Source: Hyphochytrium catenoides (taxonomy: Eukaryota; Protista; Hyphochytriomycota). Taken from it: 64,000 bases of DNA. Both the position numbers and the translations under genes were made by a program. The notes below the pieces were generated by a model. The model searched no databases and was not told the DNA's origin. It saw nothing but the letters and a program-made list of their open reading frames with translations. Shown here piece by piece: positions 38,501 through 53,500 of this stretch. Each line of letters begins with the position of its first letter. Within the stretch, counting starts at the first letter, position 1. Location: the NCBI GenBank assembly GCA_900088475.1, contig FLMG01000600.1, positions 1 through 64,000 on the forward strand, written 5' to 3'.

Positions 38501-41500
38501 CACCGCCTGTTTCGAGCTTTATGGATCCGCTCATGCCTCCGCGCTTGGGGTTTGCTGTTAACATATGAATGATTCCACTAACTGACGTCCGTCCTCCTCC
38601 ACCGCTGTGAATTCCTATAGAGCCACCTTGAGACTGCTGGGAGCTACCAGCAGTGATGTCAACAAAGCCGCCACTACCACCACTTCTGCTGAAGCTAGAT
38701 CCGGCGGTCAAAGAGACAGCGCCACCATGTCCGTTGAAGTCCTTGGTAGTGTTACCACCTGCGATGTCAATTGAACCACCTGAACCTTCCCTGCTCAGAC
38801 CAGCTCCAAGGAGAACACCGCCAGCTTGACCATAACCGGATGTTCCCGAGTTGAGCTTAATGGAGCCTGACATCGACCCTAAGGCGTCGCCGGTACTGAG
38901 AACTAGATGACCTGTGCGGCTTTGTAGCGATGTCAAGGATTCATTCTGAGCTGCAGCGGTTCCAAGATAGAGCTCTCCACTATTTCCACTAAGGCTTGAC
39001 CCAGTTTTAAGTGATACACTGCCACCGGCGAAGTGCTCACTGCCGAGCTCATCTCCAATGGAGGCACCTGCCTCCACAAGTACTTGTCCTCCTCCTCCGC
39101 CTGCAGACCCTGCGCGGACAGTAATACCCCCACTGAGACTATGTGAAGATCCTGTAAGTATGCTCACTTCTCCCGAGGAGAGCTTGCCACCAGAGCCGGT
39201 TGAGAGATTTATACTTCCCGACCCTGCCCCATAAGGCGACCGGTTGTTTGCACTCAAGAGAAGCACATCCCCGCTGCTATCCTTTTGGCTTCCACCACTT
39301 TTGATGGATACTTGCCCTCCCTTTGACAATGATGTTGAACTAGTGCCTGCGGAGATCTCAAGACTCCCACCTTGGTTGCCGTCCCCGGCTCTTGCCAGCA
39401 GGAACCCACCCCTGCCTCCACTGATGTCTCCTGCGGACAGCTCAATAGAACCAGCTGCATTACCGTCTGCGTCTTCGCCAACGGCCTGACTCTTCCCCAC
39501 GGCGAGCGTAATCGTGCCAGCCCTTGCTCCGACACTAGTACCAGTAGACATGACGATGCTGCCGGAAAAAGCGTTAGATGAGGAACCAGTTCTTATGCTT
39601 ATTGACCCGGAATTGTCTGCCGAGGGAGCGGATTCAAGAGAGGCATTTCCGGATTGCCGTCCCATGCCGCTCTTGACTTCGACGGCACCACCAAGATCCG
39701 CTGAGGATGATCCGGCCCTCAGGGTTAACCTACCACCTGACGCGCCAAAACGGCTCATAGTATTACCGGCTTTGATAGCAACGGACCCACCATGGCCACC
39801 ATTAACCGAGTCTCCCCCGGAGAGAGTCACCCCGCCCCCAGTCTTCTCGTCGCTGCTACCACCCACCATAGTCAGATTGCCGGCTGCGGCTCTAACACTT
39901 GATCCGGTAGTCAGCCGGATCGTCCCACTTTGACTTTCAGCGTCACCACTTCCGATGGAAATTGCACCTGAAGACAATTTCTGACTATGACCGGTGTTGA
40001 GGACTATTGATCCAGAGCCGAGAAGGTTACGTAAGTCTTCGCCGATCTCAGGGGTAGGGGACGAAGGAGTTACAATCCCCACATGACCGCTTTCGTGCCG
40101 GGCTGACCTCCCGCTTTCAATCTTGACGTTACCACCGCTACTTCCATGGCTGTTTCCAGCTTGAAGCACAGTATCGCCTCCTTTCCCTGACATCTCGTTA
40201 CTGGCGCTTCCAGCTAATAATTTCAGCCCTCCTCCTGATGCTTCTTTACCGGTCATTGAGCCACTTTGCATAATGATGTCACTGCCCAACCCTTCTACTC
40301 CTTGTCCCGCCACCACAGAGATGCTTCCTCCCGCCTGGCTCTTAGAAGCACCACTCAACAGATCCAATGTGGAACCACTGCCCTTCGAAATTGCATCTCC
40401 AGCCTTAATTCGAATTCCCGCTTCACTATTCTCGACAATACTTCCGCTAGAAGCCATAGTTTCAATGTCAATGCGCCCACTACCCTGTGCACCGGATGCG
40501 GCTTGCAAATAGATGTTGCCTCCCACACCGACCATAGGCCCCGCAGAGCCACTGCTGATGCGGACATCTCCTCCTCTTGCTTCTGAGCTATTTCCAGCTC
40601 TAAGCAGAATATTTCCACCCCTATTGTCGCCTGCTTCCACAGACACATCGCCATAACTCGATTTCATGTGGATATCTCCACCCTTGCCGGACGGCAGATT
40701 TTGGTAGCCCATACCGTCACCAAGTACCCCGGCTTCGATCGTTATGCTACCTGCAAGAGCAGGACCTTTCTCGATACCTCCTGTCTGAAGTGCCAGCGAC
40801 CCCGAGGCCCGCTGGCTCTTTCCAGAGGCCAGAATGACATCCCCGCTCACGTCTGCCTCGCCAGATCGCAGGGCCAGTGAACCGGATCTCGCCTCTCTTG
40901 AAGAACCAGTTCCGAGATGCAAATAGCCAGAAGTTCCAAGTCGAGTATTGCCAGAGTGCAAGGTTACATTACCGCTNNNNNNNNNNNNNNNNNNNNNNNN
41001 NNNNNNNNNNNCGCCCGCCACTTATCGAAATCGCGCCACCATTTGAGTTAGCAGAGGAGCCACCAGTGAGCGCTACTCCTCCAGCTGTAAGTGAGGAACT
41101 TATAGCATTTGCTCCACTGAGCTTGATAGAGCCTCCGCGGACTGCTCCTACACCAGACCGGATGGTCACGTTTCCTCCATTTCCGTCCAACGACTCTCCA
41201 GAAGAGATGCTTACGTCTCCACTTGAGCCATAAGACGCAGAACCAGAGAAAATGCGGATATCACCAGAGTTACCGGACGCGCTGTGGTTTCCTGATCCCA
41301 CTGATACATCACCACTGCTTCCTTTATAGGACGAGGACAAGCTATTCCCACTCTGTAGTAAAATTGCTCCTCCATCACCTTCGGTCGCTGAGCCTGCTGA
41401 AAGCAAGACATGACCCCCGTTTGAAGAAGCCATAGAGGACCTCGTAGATCCAGCCTGAATGACGATCCCACCGGCTGGGGAAGGATTGTTGTCAGACGTC

Positions 41501-44500
41501 GTTGAGCCAGCAGCTAAACTAATGGCACCGGCTAAGCCGTCCGTATTGTGACCCCCAATCAATGAAATACCGCCGGCGCTTCCTCCTGTCCCTGTCGATA
41601 AGCTAATGGATCCCGATGACTCTTGGCCCATTCCAGAGGCAATGGATAGGCTGCCAGAGGAACCTCTCTCCGAATGTGAGCTCAAGAGGGAAATATCTCC
41701 AGTGGTACCGCCTGGAGCAGCAGAATGACCACTGTACAATGAGACAGTCCCCGAAGAACCTTTTAGATTCCGGCCAGTGAATAACTGAAGTGCGCCTGTG
41801 TGGTCCCCATTGTCGGTCGCAGCGGTGTGAATCTGAACTGTGCCAAGGTCGCCTTCTCCGCTCCTTACCACCACAGACCCACCAAGGGCTCTATTCGCCG
41901 AGGAACCTGCAGCTATTATGACCTTCCCTCCTTTGCCCTCTCCATGACCTGTAAATGACCCTGCCCGCAAATCAATGGAGCCGCCTTCACTATCACTAGC
42001 ATTCATGGAACCAGCGTGGAGCCTAATCCCCCCTCCTTGCCCTCGGGTTCCACTTCCAACCTTAAGACTAATTGAACCTGAGGAGGCATCGGTGGAATGA
42101 CCCGTCATGAGGTCTAAAGCGCCAGTTTGCTCGAGGGAGCCAGCCGAAGCTAATGCTATACTACCACTGCCTAGTGGCGTAGCAGGCCAAGCAGCAGTTG
42201 TTAAAATCGATATGTCACCCGTGCGCGATGAACGAGAGGCACCACTACGCAAAGTGAGCTCCCCACCTACGCCGGCCACACTTGAGCCTGCCTGAATGTC
42301 AAGACTTCCTCCAGTCTGGGACGTAGAGGATCCAGCTGAGATGGAAACTGACCCCGCACTGCCTTTCATCATAGAGCTACCCGCAGCAAGCTCTAAAGAA
42401 CCAGCTTCACTGGCAGAGCTACCCGAAGAAATAGTTATCGATCCACTTGTGCCATCTTCTCCCAAGACTTCTCCAGAAGAAACACTGATGCTGCCACTTT
42501 GTCCGGCTGCCGCAGCTCCTGAGGTCAAGTTTAAACTACCAGTCGAAGACATTCCTTCGCTAGAACTTATCATGACCTCTCCACTTGAGCCTTGTTTGCT
42601 TGACCCAGACGACACTATCACACTACCTCCGTTCCCAGTCCCTAAGGAGGATCCGCCTCCCAGAACAACATCACCACCTGAAGCGGAGGGTGCGAGTGCT
42701 GCGCCTCCAGTTAGCGAGATGGCACCAGCTGAATCATTCTCGAAGCTGCTGGTAGGTGGAGATGAACCAATTGACCCCGCTTCCAGCAGAATGCTGCCTG
42801 ATAGGCCTCCCTTTGCAGTTCCTACGCTGACGCTGTAGGATCCTGTTTCAAAGCCGTCACCGGTGGAAATGGAGACAGCTCCCGACGCACCCTCTTTGCT
42901 GGATCCGGTGTACATCAACACAGAACCTGACATTCCATCAGCCGTTTGTGCCGTAAGGACGCGCACATCACCAGTCGTCCCAACTGCTGACGCACCAGTC
43001 GACAACGTTATCGCTCCGGAGGAAGAAGTGCTAGTTGCGCCAGTAGAAAGCATTATTTGACCAGTCTCACCTCCTCCAGATGATTTAGCAGAGCCAAAAA
43101 GAATCGAACCAGTCGCCCTCCCTGCGAGCCCAGTACCGCTCTTCAACACAATTGCACCTCCAGTGCTCTGAGTGGCATTTGCTCCCAAAATTGTTACGTT
43201 GCCAGCCCTGGCTGAAGACCCAGCAAGGAGGTCAATAGATCCCCCTAAACTCTCACTTTCATCGGACAACGTATTCGTGGGTATCGAGCCAGCTGATAAC
43301 CGGATTGAACCACCTTGGCCTCGATTGCCTTTACCAATTGATATTTCAATGGAACCGGTGCTACCTCCAGAGCTATTTCCGCTATTCAATTTGATAGAGG
43401 CGCTGGCGCCTGCGCTTGACCCTGTCGACAGGCTGACCAGTCCGCTGCGGCCTCCAGCAGGTCCGCTGGCGGCTGAACCAATCCAAATGGACCCACTGGC
43501 TGAGCCCTGCCCTTGGCTGGCACCGCTTTGTAAGACCAAGTTCCCACCAGTCCTGCCGGCGCCAGTCGTTGAGCCGCCATTTAGAGTAATAGTTCCTCCA
43601 TGTCCGTTCAAAGTTGATCCAGCAGTCACATTGACAGCTCCACCATCCGTGCCGTATTCTGGCCCTTGAGCTGATCCAGCCAAGAGCATCATTGACCCAC
43701 CCGAGACTGAGCCGGATCCTGTTCCTACAGCGAGAGTTATTGAACCCCCGGCGCCCCCGAGGCTTTCTCCCGTTGCCAACTGCAGTCCTCCACTACTAGA
43801 AGCTCGCGAAGCACCAGAAGACAATACTACGTTACCACTTGACCCTATGCTACCGTCCTCAGCTTCGCTAGATCCTATCCAAATAGATCCACTTCCAGCT
43901 AGTCCGGTGCCCGAGAGCAGCCTAAGCTGGCCTCCGACTCCTCCAACGGCCGTGCCACCACGGACCAGAATGCCTCCCGCGCTAGAGGAGGGATGTGTAG
44001 ATTGGGAGGAGCCACCGGTGAGTTCTACTTCACCCGCAGTATCCTGTGGGGTATGTGAGGTGATAGAGCCAGCACTGAGACGTAGGCTGCCAGCCTCTAG
44101 CTTGGTGCTGTTACCAGCTATTATCATGACAGAACCAGACTGCAGTGCTTTTCCAGTCGACAGAGCAATTCCCCCTGAGGAGCCGTTCAGGCTACCTCCA
44201 GTGGAGATTAAGCTTGCGCCAGATCTTGCGCCCACTGCTGTGGCCTGTCCTGTAGCCAGAGCTATAGTGCCTGCAGCCATGCGTGCCATTCCCGTCTGGA
44301 CCTTTATGGAGCCAGAAGAGGCGCCTGCCTGATTGGCACCTGTCACAATTTGTACTTCTCCGGTGTCTCCTGCCAGCTCGAGTTCAGAAGCCGCCGTTCC
44401 TATCTGGACAGGACCGCTCTTCAGATCAGGACTTGAGCCACTCACAAGGGTGATAGCACCCCCGGGACCATTTCGGGCATCCCCTCCCTGAAGTAAAATG

Positions 44501-47500
44501 CTACCTCCCTGGCCCTCCAATTGGGCTTTACCACCACGGAGCTCGATGGAGCCACCTCCTACAGTGGAGGACTTCAATGCTCCTGTTGACCCAGCGGTAA
44601 TCGTCACCTTTCCTCCGCCACCTTGGCCACTTTTTCCTGCTTCTATTAGCACTTGTCCTGCGTTTGCTACTTCCGAATCACCTGATCGCAGTGAAAGGGA
44701 TCCGCTGCTTCCTGCTCCAGTTGGCGAACCGGGTCGTGCTGTGGAGGAGGTTTGGATCGTCACATTTCCGCTTTGACCATTGCCTTTTGCTATGCCAGAT
44801 GCGACAGTGACCTGTCCACTGTTGTCGGCATCAAATTGCCCCTCGGCATCTCCGCTCACTAGCCTAAGATCGCCACCTCGCCTACCGGATCCTGACCCTA
44901 AAACAAGAGCTCCACCTTGCCCATTTGAAGCTCTACCTGCGCGAACAGAAACAGAACCCCCCTGGCCATTGGATTGAAAGTTATCACTCGTGCTTCCCCC
45001 ATCAATAAGAACGGATCCACCACCAAGGGCCCCTATTCCTGCTGATAAGGTGAGCGATCCTGCATGGCCACTGCTACTCCTACCGGTTGCAAGACTAAGA
45101 TGCCCAGAACCAACTCCTGCCTGTCCAGAAAGGAGAGTTATGTTACCACTGCGACCTTGGCTATTGTCAGTATCTCCAGAGCTTAAGCGGACGCTACCGC
45201 TTCCACTAAGAGAGGATCTACCAGAATTGATGGCGATGTCACCGCCGCGTCCAGCGCCAGCGCTTCCACCAGTCAAGAAAATACTCCCTCCCTGCGAAGA
45301 CTCCTTAGTAGACAAAGCAGAGCCTGCATTGAGGTCTATTTCCCCTCCCACAGCCCTTTCCAGACCGGACCCTGCGGAAATTTGAATCCGGCCACCGGTC
45401 CTCTCTCCGCCATGACCTGCCTGGATTTCGACTGACCCTGCCACTCGTCCAGCGTTACCGGTTGAAAGCGTTAGCGATCCCGAGGAGGCGGTCGATGGAG
45501 AAGCCGCTCCCGTGGCGAATACAACTGAGCCAGTTTGAGCGCCTTCTTTAGCAAAAACGCTAGATGTTGAGAGTTTGACCTCACCACTCAACCTGTCCGC
45601 GGATCCACTATAGATACGGATAGCGCCAGACTTTCCCCCTTCATATGATGCGGAGCCAGAGGACAGTTCGATTGATCCTGAGGCATCCCCAGAAATGCCA
45701 CTGCCAATCGTCACAAGCCCACCAGCCTTACCCGCACTAGGGCCACTGAGGATGCTCAAGGAGCCACCTGCTCCATTTAGAGAAGTTCCTCTGCCCGCGT
45801 GGAAGCTAACATTACCACCGGAAGTGCCTCCGCCCCCTTCCAATATAACACTGCCACCAGAAATTGCAGCGTCTCCAGCGACAAGGCGCACGGAACCTCC
45901 GTTGCCTGCATATCCAGTGCCGGCTTGAAAGCCTAGTGATCCTCCCTCTCCCAAAGTGCTACTACCAGCTTTAAGTAGAAGGTACCCTCCAGTGGAGGTG
46001 TTGGTAGAAGAAGACTCTATAGAAATGTTGCCACCAATTCCATGGGACGAGCCCGAAAGAATAGCAATGGATCCGCCGTCCCCTGCACGAGAGGCACCAC
46101 TTTGAATTGTCACGTAGCCTCCACTCGCAGACTCGCTATCGCCTCCCTGGAGCGTCAGCTCTCCTCCACCCTTAGAACTAGACTTTCCTGCTGCCAAGAA
46201 CAAAGAACCTCCATTGCCATCCCTGCTTGGCCCAGCCAAAACTGAAAGAGTTCCCGCTTCCTGTGGCCCCGAGGACCCAGTTGCAATAAGGACTGATCCG
46301 CTTCGGCCAGAGTGGCTGTCACCAGTTATAAGCTGTAGTGCTCCGCTTTGAGAGTTGGCTTTACCGGAAAACAGTGACACCGCTCCGGTCTTGCCATCGC
46401 TGTTATCTGAGTGATGTGATCCGATTTCAACACCGCCACTATTCCCAGATGTGGAGTTGCCAGAATTGAGGATAACATCCCCTCCTGAGCCACCAGAGCT
46501 AAGACCTGCCTCAAGTTTGATATTTCCTCCCTTTGAACCTGCGAGGTTGGATGAACTGTGCCCACCCTCTATTATTACGTCACCACCCGCAACCGGACCG
46601 CTCGCTTCCTGTGATGAGACTTGAGAAGCCCCTGCCGAAAAGTGAATCGACGAACCCTTATTCCCGTTGCTCGCCCCAACGACGGCGCTGATTGACCCCG
46701 AATGAACGCCATCACCCGTACGCATGTTCAAAGAACCAGACAACCCTCGAGGAGTGTTTCCACTGACGAGTGAGATCGAACCGGACAGGGCTCCCGATCT
46801 GACATTCTCAAGCACGTCAGAGGTAGAAATGTAAACGCTACCGCTTATGCCACTTTGAGAGTTGCCGGAAAGGAGATGTAGGGATCCCGAAGTCCCAGAA
46901 GATGTACCGCCACTGCTAATTGTAAGATTCCCAGAAGTTGCCCCAGAATTCATTGCGTCAGAAGTGATAATCTGGACAGAACCACTAAGGGTGCTGGAAG
47001 GGCCTGATGTTAATAGAAGATGGCCATCAGCTCCCGCTGAGAATGTCGCGTTGGCCCCATCCGACGATAGGCCCTCCAAGCCAATATAGGCCCCATTGCG
47101 ATCGTTGTTAACCGTGGGGTGAGCGGAGCCCGCTGATATTCTGACAGCACCCGATTCCCCAACCCCTGAAGTATCACCCACGGTGATCTCGATGTCCCCA
47201 GTCCGTCCACTGGAACTTCGCCCAGACTTTAGTGATAGCGAGCCGCTATCGGCCTTGCCAGTTGATCGGGATGAAAGCGATATGTTTCCGGATGATCCCT
47301 CGGCGCCGACCACACCTGACCATATCTGCACATTCCCGCTACTGCTCTCTCCAGTGCCACTATACAGTTCAAGATTCCCTCCAATGCCAGACATACTCTC
47401 TCCAGCTTCCAGACTCAATCTGCCACCAGAGCCATCCAAAGTGTTGCCCGAGTTCAGAAGAATAGATCCACCTTCACCCTTCGTCACCGACCCACCCACC

Positions 47501-50500
47501 AACCTCACAAGGGCACCTTCCCCTGGCCCGCTAGCTGACCCAGCAGACAGAGTGATACTACCACTTTGCTCTCCCGCTAAACTGTTACCAGTTGTCAGCC
47601 AAACGTGCCCACTTCCTCCATCGCTTGATGATCCAGTTTCCATAGAGAGGTCACCACTATCGCTTCCTTTGCCTGGAGTGTTTGTAGCTACCTGAATCGA
47701 TCCACTTGCACCAGCGGCACTTGTACCTGAAAGGAGGCTAATGGTTCCTCCGGACCCAAAGGCTGAAGAAGTTTGTCCTGCTAGAATCCGTATGCTACCG
47801 CCTTCACCCGAAGTCGCAGCGCCACTGCTGCCTGCCCGGATAACAATGTCACCACCTTTGGCAATAGGAGACCCAACTGTTTCCGCAGAGCCTGCGAAAA
47901 GCCCTATGTTGCCTCCCTCAACCTCACGACTCCGCCCGACTGCAAAAGACATCAAGCCAGCCTTGACTCCGTCGCCTGTTGACAGACTAATCACCCCTGA
48001 AGACCCACTGGGACTGTAGCCCGTCGAAAAGTGAACACCACCGGAGTTTGATTCCGGCCCCAGCACCATGGAGGTGGATGCAATGATATCGCCACTCTCT
48101 CCGTAGGTCGCTCCACCGGTCTGAAGTGTAACCGAACCGGACTTCGACGCCCTACCAGGACCGCCTTCGGTAGGTCCGCTAGTTAATTCGACCGAGCCGC
48201 TTCCACTCTTACCTTCACCTGATTCTAGATGCAGCGTGCCACTTCTAGCCTCTGCCCCAACTCCAGTGCGGATTGTAACTGAACCCCCATTCTCACCGTC
48301 TGCAGACCCACCCCCGATGTCAATCGTACCTCCAATCTCATTATTGCCGCCAAAACCGGCCCTAAGCCGAATGGAGCCGCCAGGTGATCTCTCCTTGGCT
48401 TTGGTAGAGCCAGCCTCAACAGTCACAGAACCACCCTGACCCAACATGCTGCTTCCTACTTGAAGGGCAATATTTCCTCCTCTTCCCGCGGAACTAGAGC
48501 CGGAGGTCAGAGACAATTGTCCCGTGCTGTCAGGGGAGTTGGCAGTCTTGATTGAAACATCACCGCTGTGGCGAAAGCCTGAGGAACCTTGAGATGTTCC
48601 TGAAGATATTAAAACAAATCCTCCAGTGCTATCACTCCCCAAAGCATCTCCAGCAGCAAAGTATGCAGCCCCTCCCCGCTTGCTCCCGTAACCTGCAGCG
48701 AGGTTGAGGGATCCGCCGGCACTTACAGCTGAGGAGCCTGAGGAAAGCGATATCGTTCCACCATCAGCCTCATTTACTAGGCCCGCATGTACTTCTATGG
48801 ATCCACCGTGAGATACACCTTGGCCTGTTGACAGTTGAATCGAACCTGAGTGTCCGCCGGCTGATATTCCACTAGCGACAACGACAGCACCAGTAGAATG
48901 ACTCCTGGCTTTGCCAGAGGCAATGACTAAAGATCCGCTTGATCCTCCTGCCCCTCCGGACGTAAGTTTAACACGACCACTTGTTCCTTTTAGGCTGCTT
49001 CCCGACGAAAGTGAGAGCTCACCGCCTATCCCTGCGCTTGCTTCACCAGCAGCAACAATAATCCTGCCGCCATCTAAGGCACTGTTCGTAGACGTTGAAG
49101 TGGATCCGCTCTGTAGAATTAGATCGCCTCCTTTCCCGTTGCCGCTATTCGACTCAGCTCTAGCCACAGATCCAGCAGCGATATGCACCTTACCCGCCGA
49201 CGCATCTAGCGAGCTATTTCCAACAGTGAGCGTAATAGAACCAGGTACTTCTGCTTCTCCCGTCGATAAGCTTATAAAGCCAGAAGAACCATAAGGACTG
49301 ACTCCTGTGGCGAGAATCGCTGAACCAGACCGGGACTGAGTGCCAGGGCTAGAGGTAGCCGTCTCAGCCGTACTGATAATGACTGTTCCACTCACTGAGG
49401 ATGACCGACCAGTGCTCAACGCTATTGATCCCGAGGTACCGACAGCACTATCGCCAGAGTAAAGCTCTATGTTACCGGTGCCTTCGGCCTGGGGGTCGAC
49501 AGCATTTGCAGTAGAAATGCTTACCAGGCCAGTCTTTGTCTTGATTCCCTCGCTACCGCCGCTACGAAGCTGAATGCTGCCGCCAGAGCCGTCGACGCCT
49601 TGCCCTGCTGCTACGGTTAGGTTACCACCCATCCCGCTGCCTGTCTTCATAACAGAACCAGACTGTAACTCAATAGAGCCCCCAACTGCATTCCTGCTTG
49701 TGATGTGGCCCGCATGCAGGCGAATCTTCCCTCCTACACTGTTGCCACCATCATGGACCTTAATAGTAACAGATCCCGCGGACCCGTGGCCACTGCTCCC
49801 GGTCTCAAATGAGAGCGCTCCAGAATTTCCCTCGTCCGTTGGAGAGGAGTACATCTTTATGTTGCCGCTGGCACCTTTTTGTCCAGTTAGTCCCGACGCG
49901 ATGGTAAAGTCGCCACTGCCATACCCCTCCTGAGTTCCTCCAGACTGAATTGAAATTGCGCCACCTGTGCTGGACCTACTGCCGCCTGCGGAAACATCTA
50001 TCTTGCCACCAACCCCATACTCTGAGGATCCTGACAATAGTGAGATTGGACCACCTTCTCCCTTTTCGGATTGTTTCGTTAGAGACCCAGCCGTGATGTT
50101 TACAGCTCCTCCAAGTGAGTTAACACCCGATCCTGAGGACAGACTGATCGATCCGCTTTTTCCAGCGTGGCTGTTACCTGTAGAGACCGCAATATTGCCC
50201 GACTCTCCGGTGGAGGATTCCCCCGAAGAAATGGCCACGCGACCGCTAGATCCTTGTAGCTTTGAAGAACCAGAAGCAATAACGACAGAACCACTGTCCC
50301 CCTTGACAGCAGAGCCAGAAAAGAGCATGAGGTGGCCGGCTACTCCTTTAGAGGCGTGTCCTCCCTGGAGCATGACATGCCCTCCGTCAGAGGATAGATC
50401 ATTGCCCACTGTATTACTAGATCCACCTTGCAAAGTAACCTTGCCTGCCTCTCGGGTACCGACCGGTCTTGACGACGATCCATCGACAGACCCCGCCCTG

Positions 50501-53500
50501 AGATGGATACCCCCCGACTCTGCCTCACTACTATTGCCTGTGCTAAGCCAGATCGAGCCAGAATTTACCAGCCCGGTGCCGGTAGAAAGTGAAACAGATC
50601 CACTGGACTCATTTAAGGCCTCTCCTGTGACAACGGAGAAGGATCCGGAGGGAACCCCTTGTCTTCCTTTATTCGCCCCGGTCATGAGCATTAGGTCTCC
50701 GCTACCGCTTTCGGATTGTCCGGTGGAAATGCTGACTCCGCCTGATCCTACGTTGGTACTACTACTTGTATAAATCTCAACAGAGGCATGGCTCTGTTGA
50801 CGGGAGGTGCTCTCAATGCCGCCTGTTGAAGTGCCCAGACGCACTGATCCGGCTGCCCCGAAACGCCCTGCGCCGCTCTCAATCTCAACAGAGCCACCCT
50901 CCCCGTGACCCATACTCATACCGGCAGCAATCCTTACATCGCCCCCTTCAGCCTCGCCGGAACCCGCATGAAGATCAAGAGCTCCACCGACGGAACTCGC
51001 GCCAGAAGACGAGCCCGAGCGCAGACCAATGTCACCTGCGGCACCAGTGCTGTTTCCCGAGCCAATCGCAATGGCACCCCCATGTGCGCCTTTTGAGGAT
51101 CCTGTTGTCAAGAAGAGAGAGCCGGTCCGTCCATCGCCGGAAGATGTAGAGATTGAAACGTTACCGGAGCCCCCACCATCGTTCTCAGTGATTCCACCAG
51201 ATCCAGAGCTTATGAACACTGATCCGCTGGTCCGACTCCTAGAGCTACCGCTTCGCATCAAGAGCTCTCCTCCTCGCCCTGTCACACTAGTACCTGCATC
51301 TATCTCCAAAGAACCACCGTGGCCTGAGACAGATGCACCTGCCTTCACTTGAATCCGACCTCCTACGCCAGTAGGGTAAGCTCCCAGGGCAGAACCTGCA
51401 GTGAGCTGGATCTTTCCTGCAGGTAGAGGTCCAGCAATCGACCCAGCCGACAGGTTGACGCTACCACTGGTACCATCTTGAGCTGATCCGGTCAAAAGTG
51501 TAATACTGCCGGTATTGCCAGTGGCCTTCGATACACCTGACTCTATCTGAACATTTCCAGAGGAAGCCCCGCTGGTGGCTCCAGATTTTAGACGTAGTCC
51601 TCCAGTTGAACCTGTACCAGCTGCAGATGCCACAAGAATGTCACCACCGATGCCGGTGCCGAAGGCTCCCCCACTTCTTAGAACAAGGTGACCTCCCTTC
51701 GATTGGCGCTCGCCATTCAAAGTGGAGTAGGAGTGTCCAGCGTCTAAAATGAGAGAGCCTGCGTCGGATTCGCTTCCAGACTCTACAGAACCAGCAGACA
51801 CAGAAATAGTGCCGCCTTGGTGAACGGTGCTATTACCTGCCGTCACAGAAATTGAACCTGCAGTCTTAGCTGCCGAACCGCTTGTGAGCCTTAGCGATCC
51901 TGTAGAGCCCTTTGAAGTTCCTGCTGTTCCCAGCACAGCAGCACCAGAACTTCCCAAACCAGAGACAGCGGATGAGGAGAGAACGATATCTCCACTATTT
52001 GCTGCAGCAACACCTGTTTCAATTCGAATGCTCCCAGAGCTTAATGCTCTTGAGGCGCCAGTTGCAATAAGGGTCGATCCACTGGCCCCGCTTTGCACAG
52101 CGGCTGTTGTGAGGGTGAGCTGACCACTCCCTTGCGGCCCACTTCCAGTAATCAGATCTATGGGACCACCCTCACCGTACGCTGCAGCTGTCCCTCCAAT
52201 CAGACTTAATGACCCTCCCTCCAGCGCTCCATCTCCTGCCGAAATCTGTACCGCTCCTCCTTCACCCTGCAGGTTTGAACCTGCGGCCAAGGAAATTAGA
52301 CCCGCCGAAATCCCATTGCTTTTGCCAGCAGTAAGTCGAATGTCGCCACTCGAGCCTGCAGAGCTGTTTCCTGACGTCAACAGGAGATGGCCACTGTCAA
52401 CACCAGCATTATTAGACATCAGAGCAACAGCACCACTGAAAGTCCCCTCCTGAGAAGACGTCTGCCCAGAAGATATTGAAACAGAACCGCTGCTTCTCGA
52501 GGTGGCTGACGTGCCTCCACTTTGAATGTGAAGGCTACCTCCATCTCCGCCATTTTCTGAGGCAGAGCCGGCCTCAAGACTAAGAGAGCCACCTGTCCCC
52601 GAGTAGGAGGATCCTGATTGCAGGTGCAGTAATCCGCCAGTCCCACCTTTATCACCCTCCACGGAGCCAGCACCAATAACCACATTCCCTCCTTGTTTGG
52701 AGCCATGCCCGAGTCCACCAAATAGGCTGAGTGCACCAGCTTCTTGGCCACTCAACCCTGAAGAAATTTTAACTTCACCACTCTTCACTCCTTGAGCCTT
52801 GCCTGTCGATAGGGTAATGCTCCCGCTTAGCCCTTCAGGTCCTTCTGCTACGTCAGTAGCGAGGAGAAGGGAGCCACTTCGTCCCTTGGAGGATCTGCCC
52901 GATAGAACTCTCACATATCCGCCGGTACCCTCTGCAAAACCTCCAGAGAGGACTACACCACCTCCATCAATAAAACTGGAGCCAGCAACCAATACCGCAT
53001 CACCCCCTTGCCCCTTGGCTGAACCTGCTTTCAGGACGAGGTTCCCGCCGGTCTCTTCCAAGCTTTCTCCAACAACCACAGAGACAGATCCAGCAGCGGA
53101 AGCATTACCGGTAGACAGCATGAGTGAACCGGACGAACCAGCCTGGGCATGGCCAGTTTGCAACTTTGCGTACCCAGTTGCCTCCCTAACAGCGCCAATC
53201 GAGTCGATAATAGCCGACGTGCTTAGGCTAAGGCTGCCAGTTTGAGTTTGACCCCGACCTGTTGCAATCCGAACTGCTCCTGAAGAAATACTCTCACTAT
53301 TTCCACTCAGCAGCTCGAGAGCACCAGTTCTGCCAATGCCACTGTCGCTGCTGCTTATATGTACTGATCCACTGTTTCCGCGCTTGAACGCACTGCCGCT
53401 GGAGATTGTTACCGAACCACCGAGACCCTGATCACCAGACGAGCCGGCATAGATTGTGACATTACCTCCGATTCCTCCATTAACCCCACCGGATCCGGCC

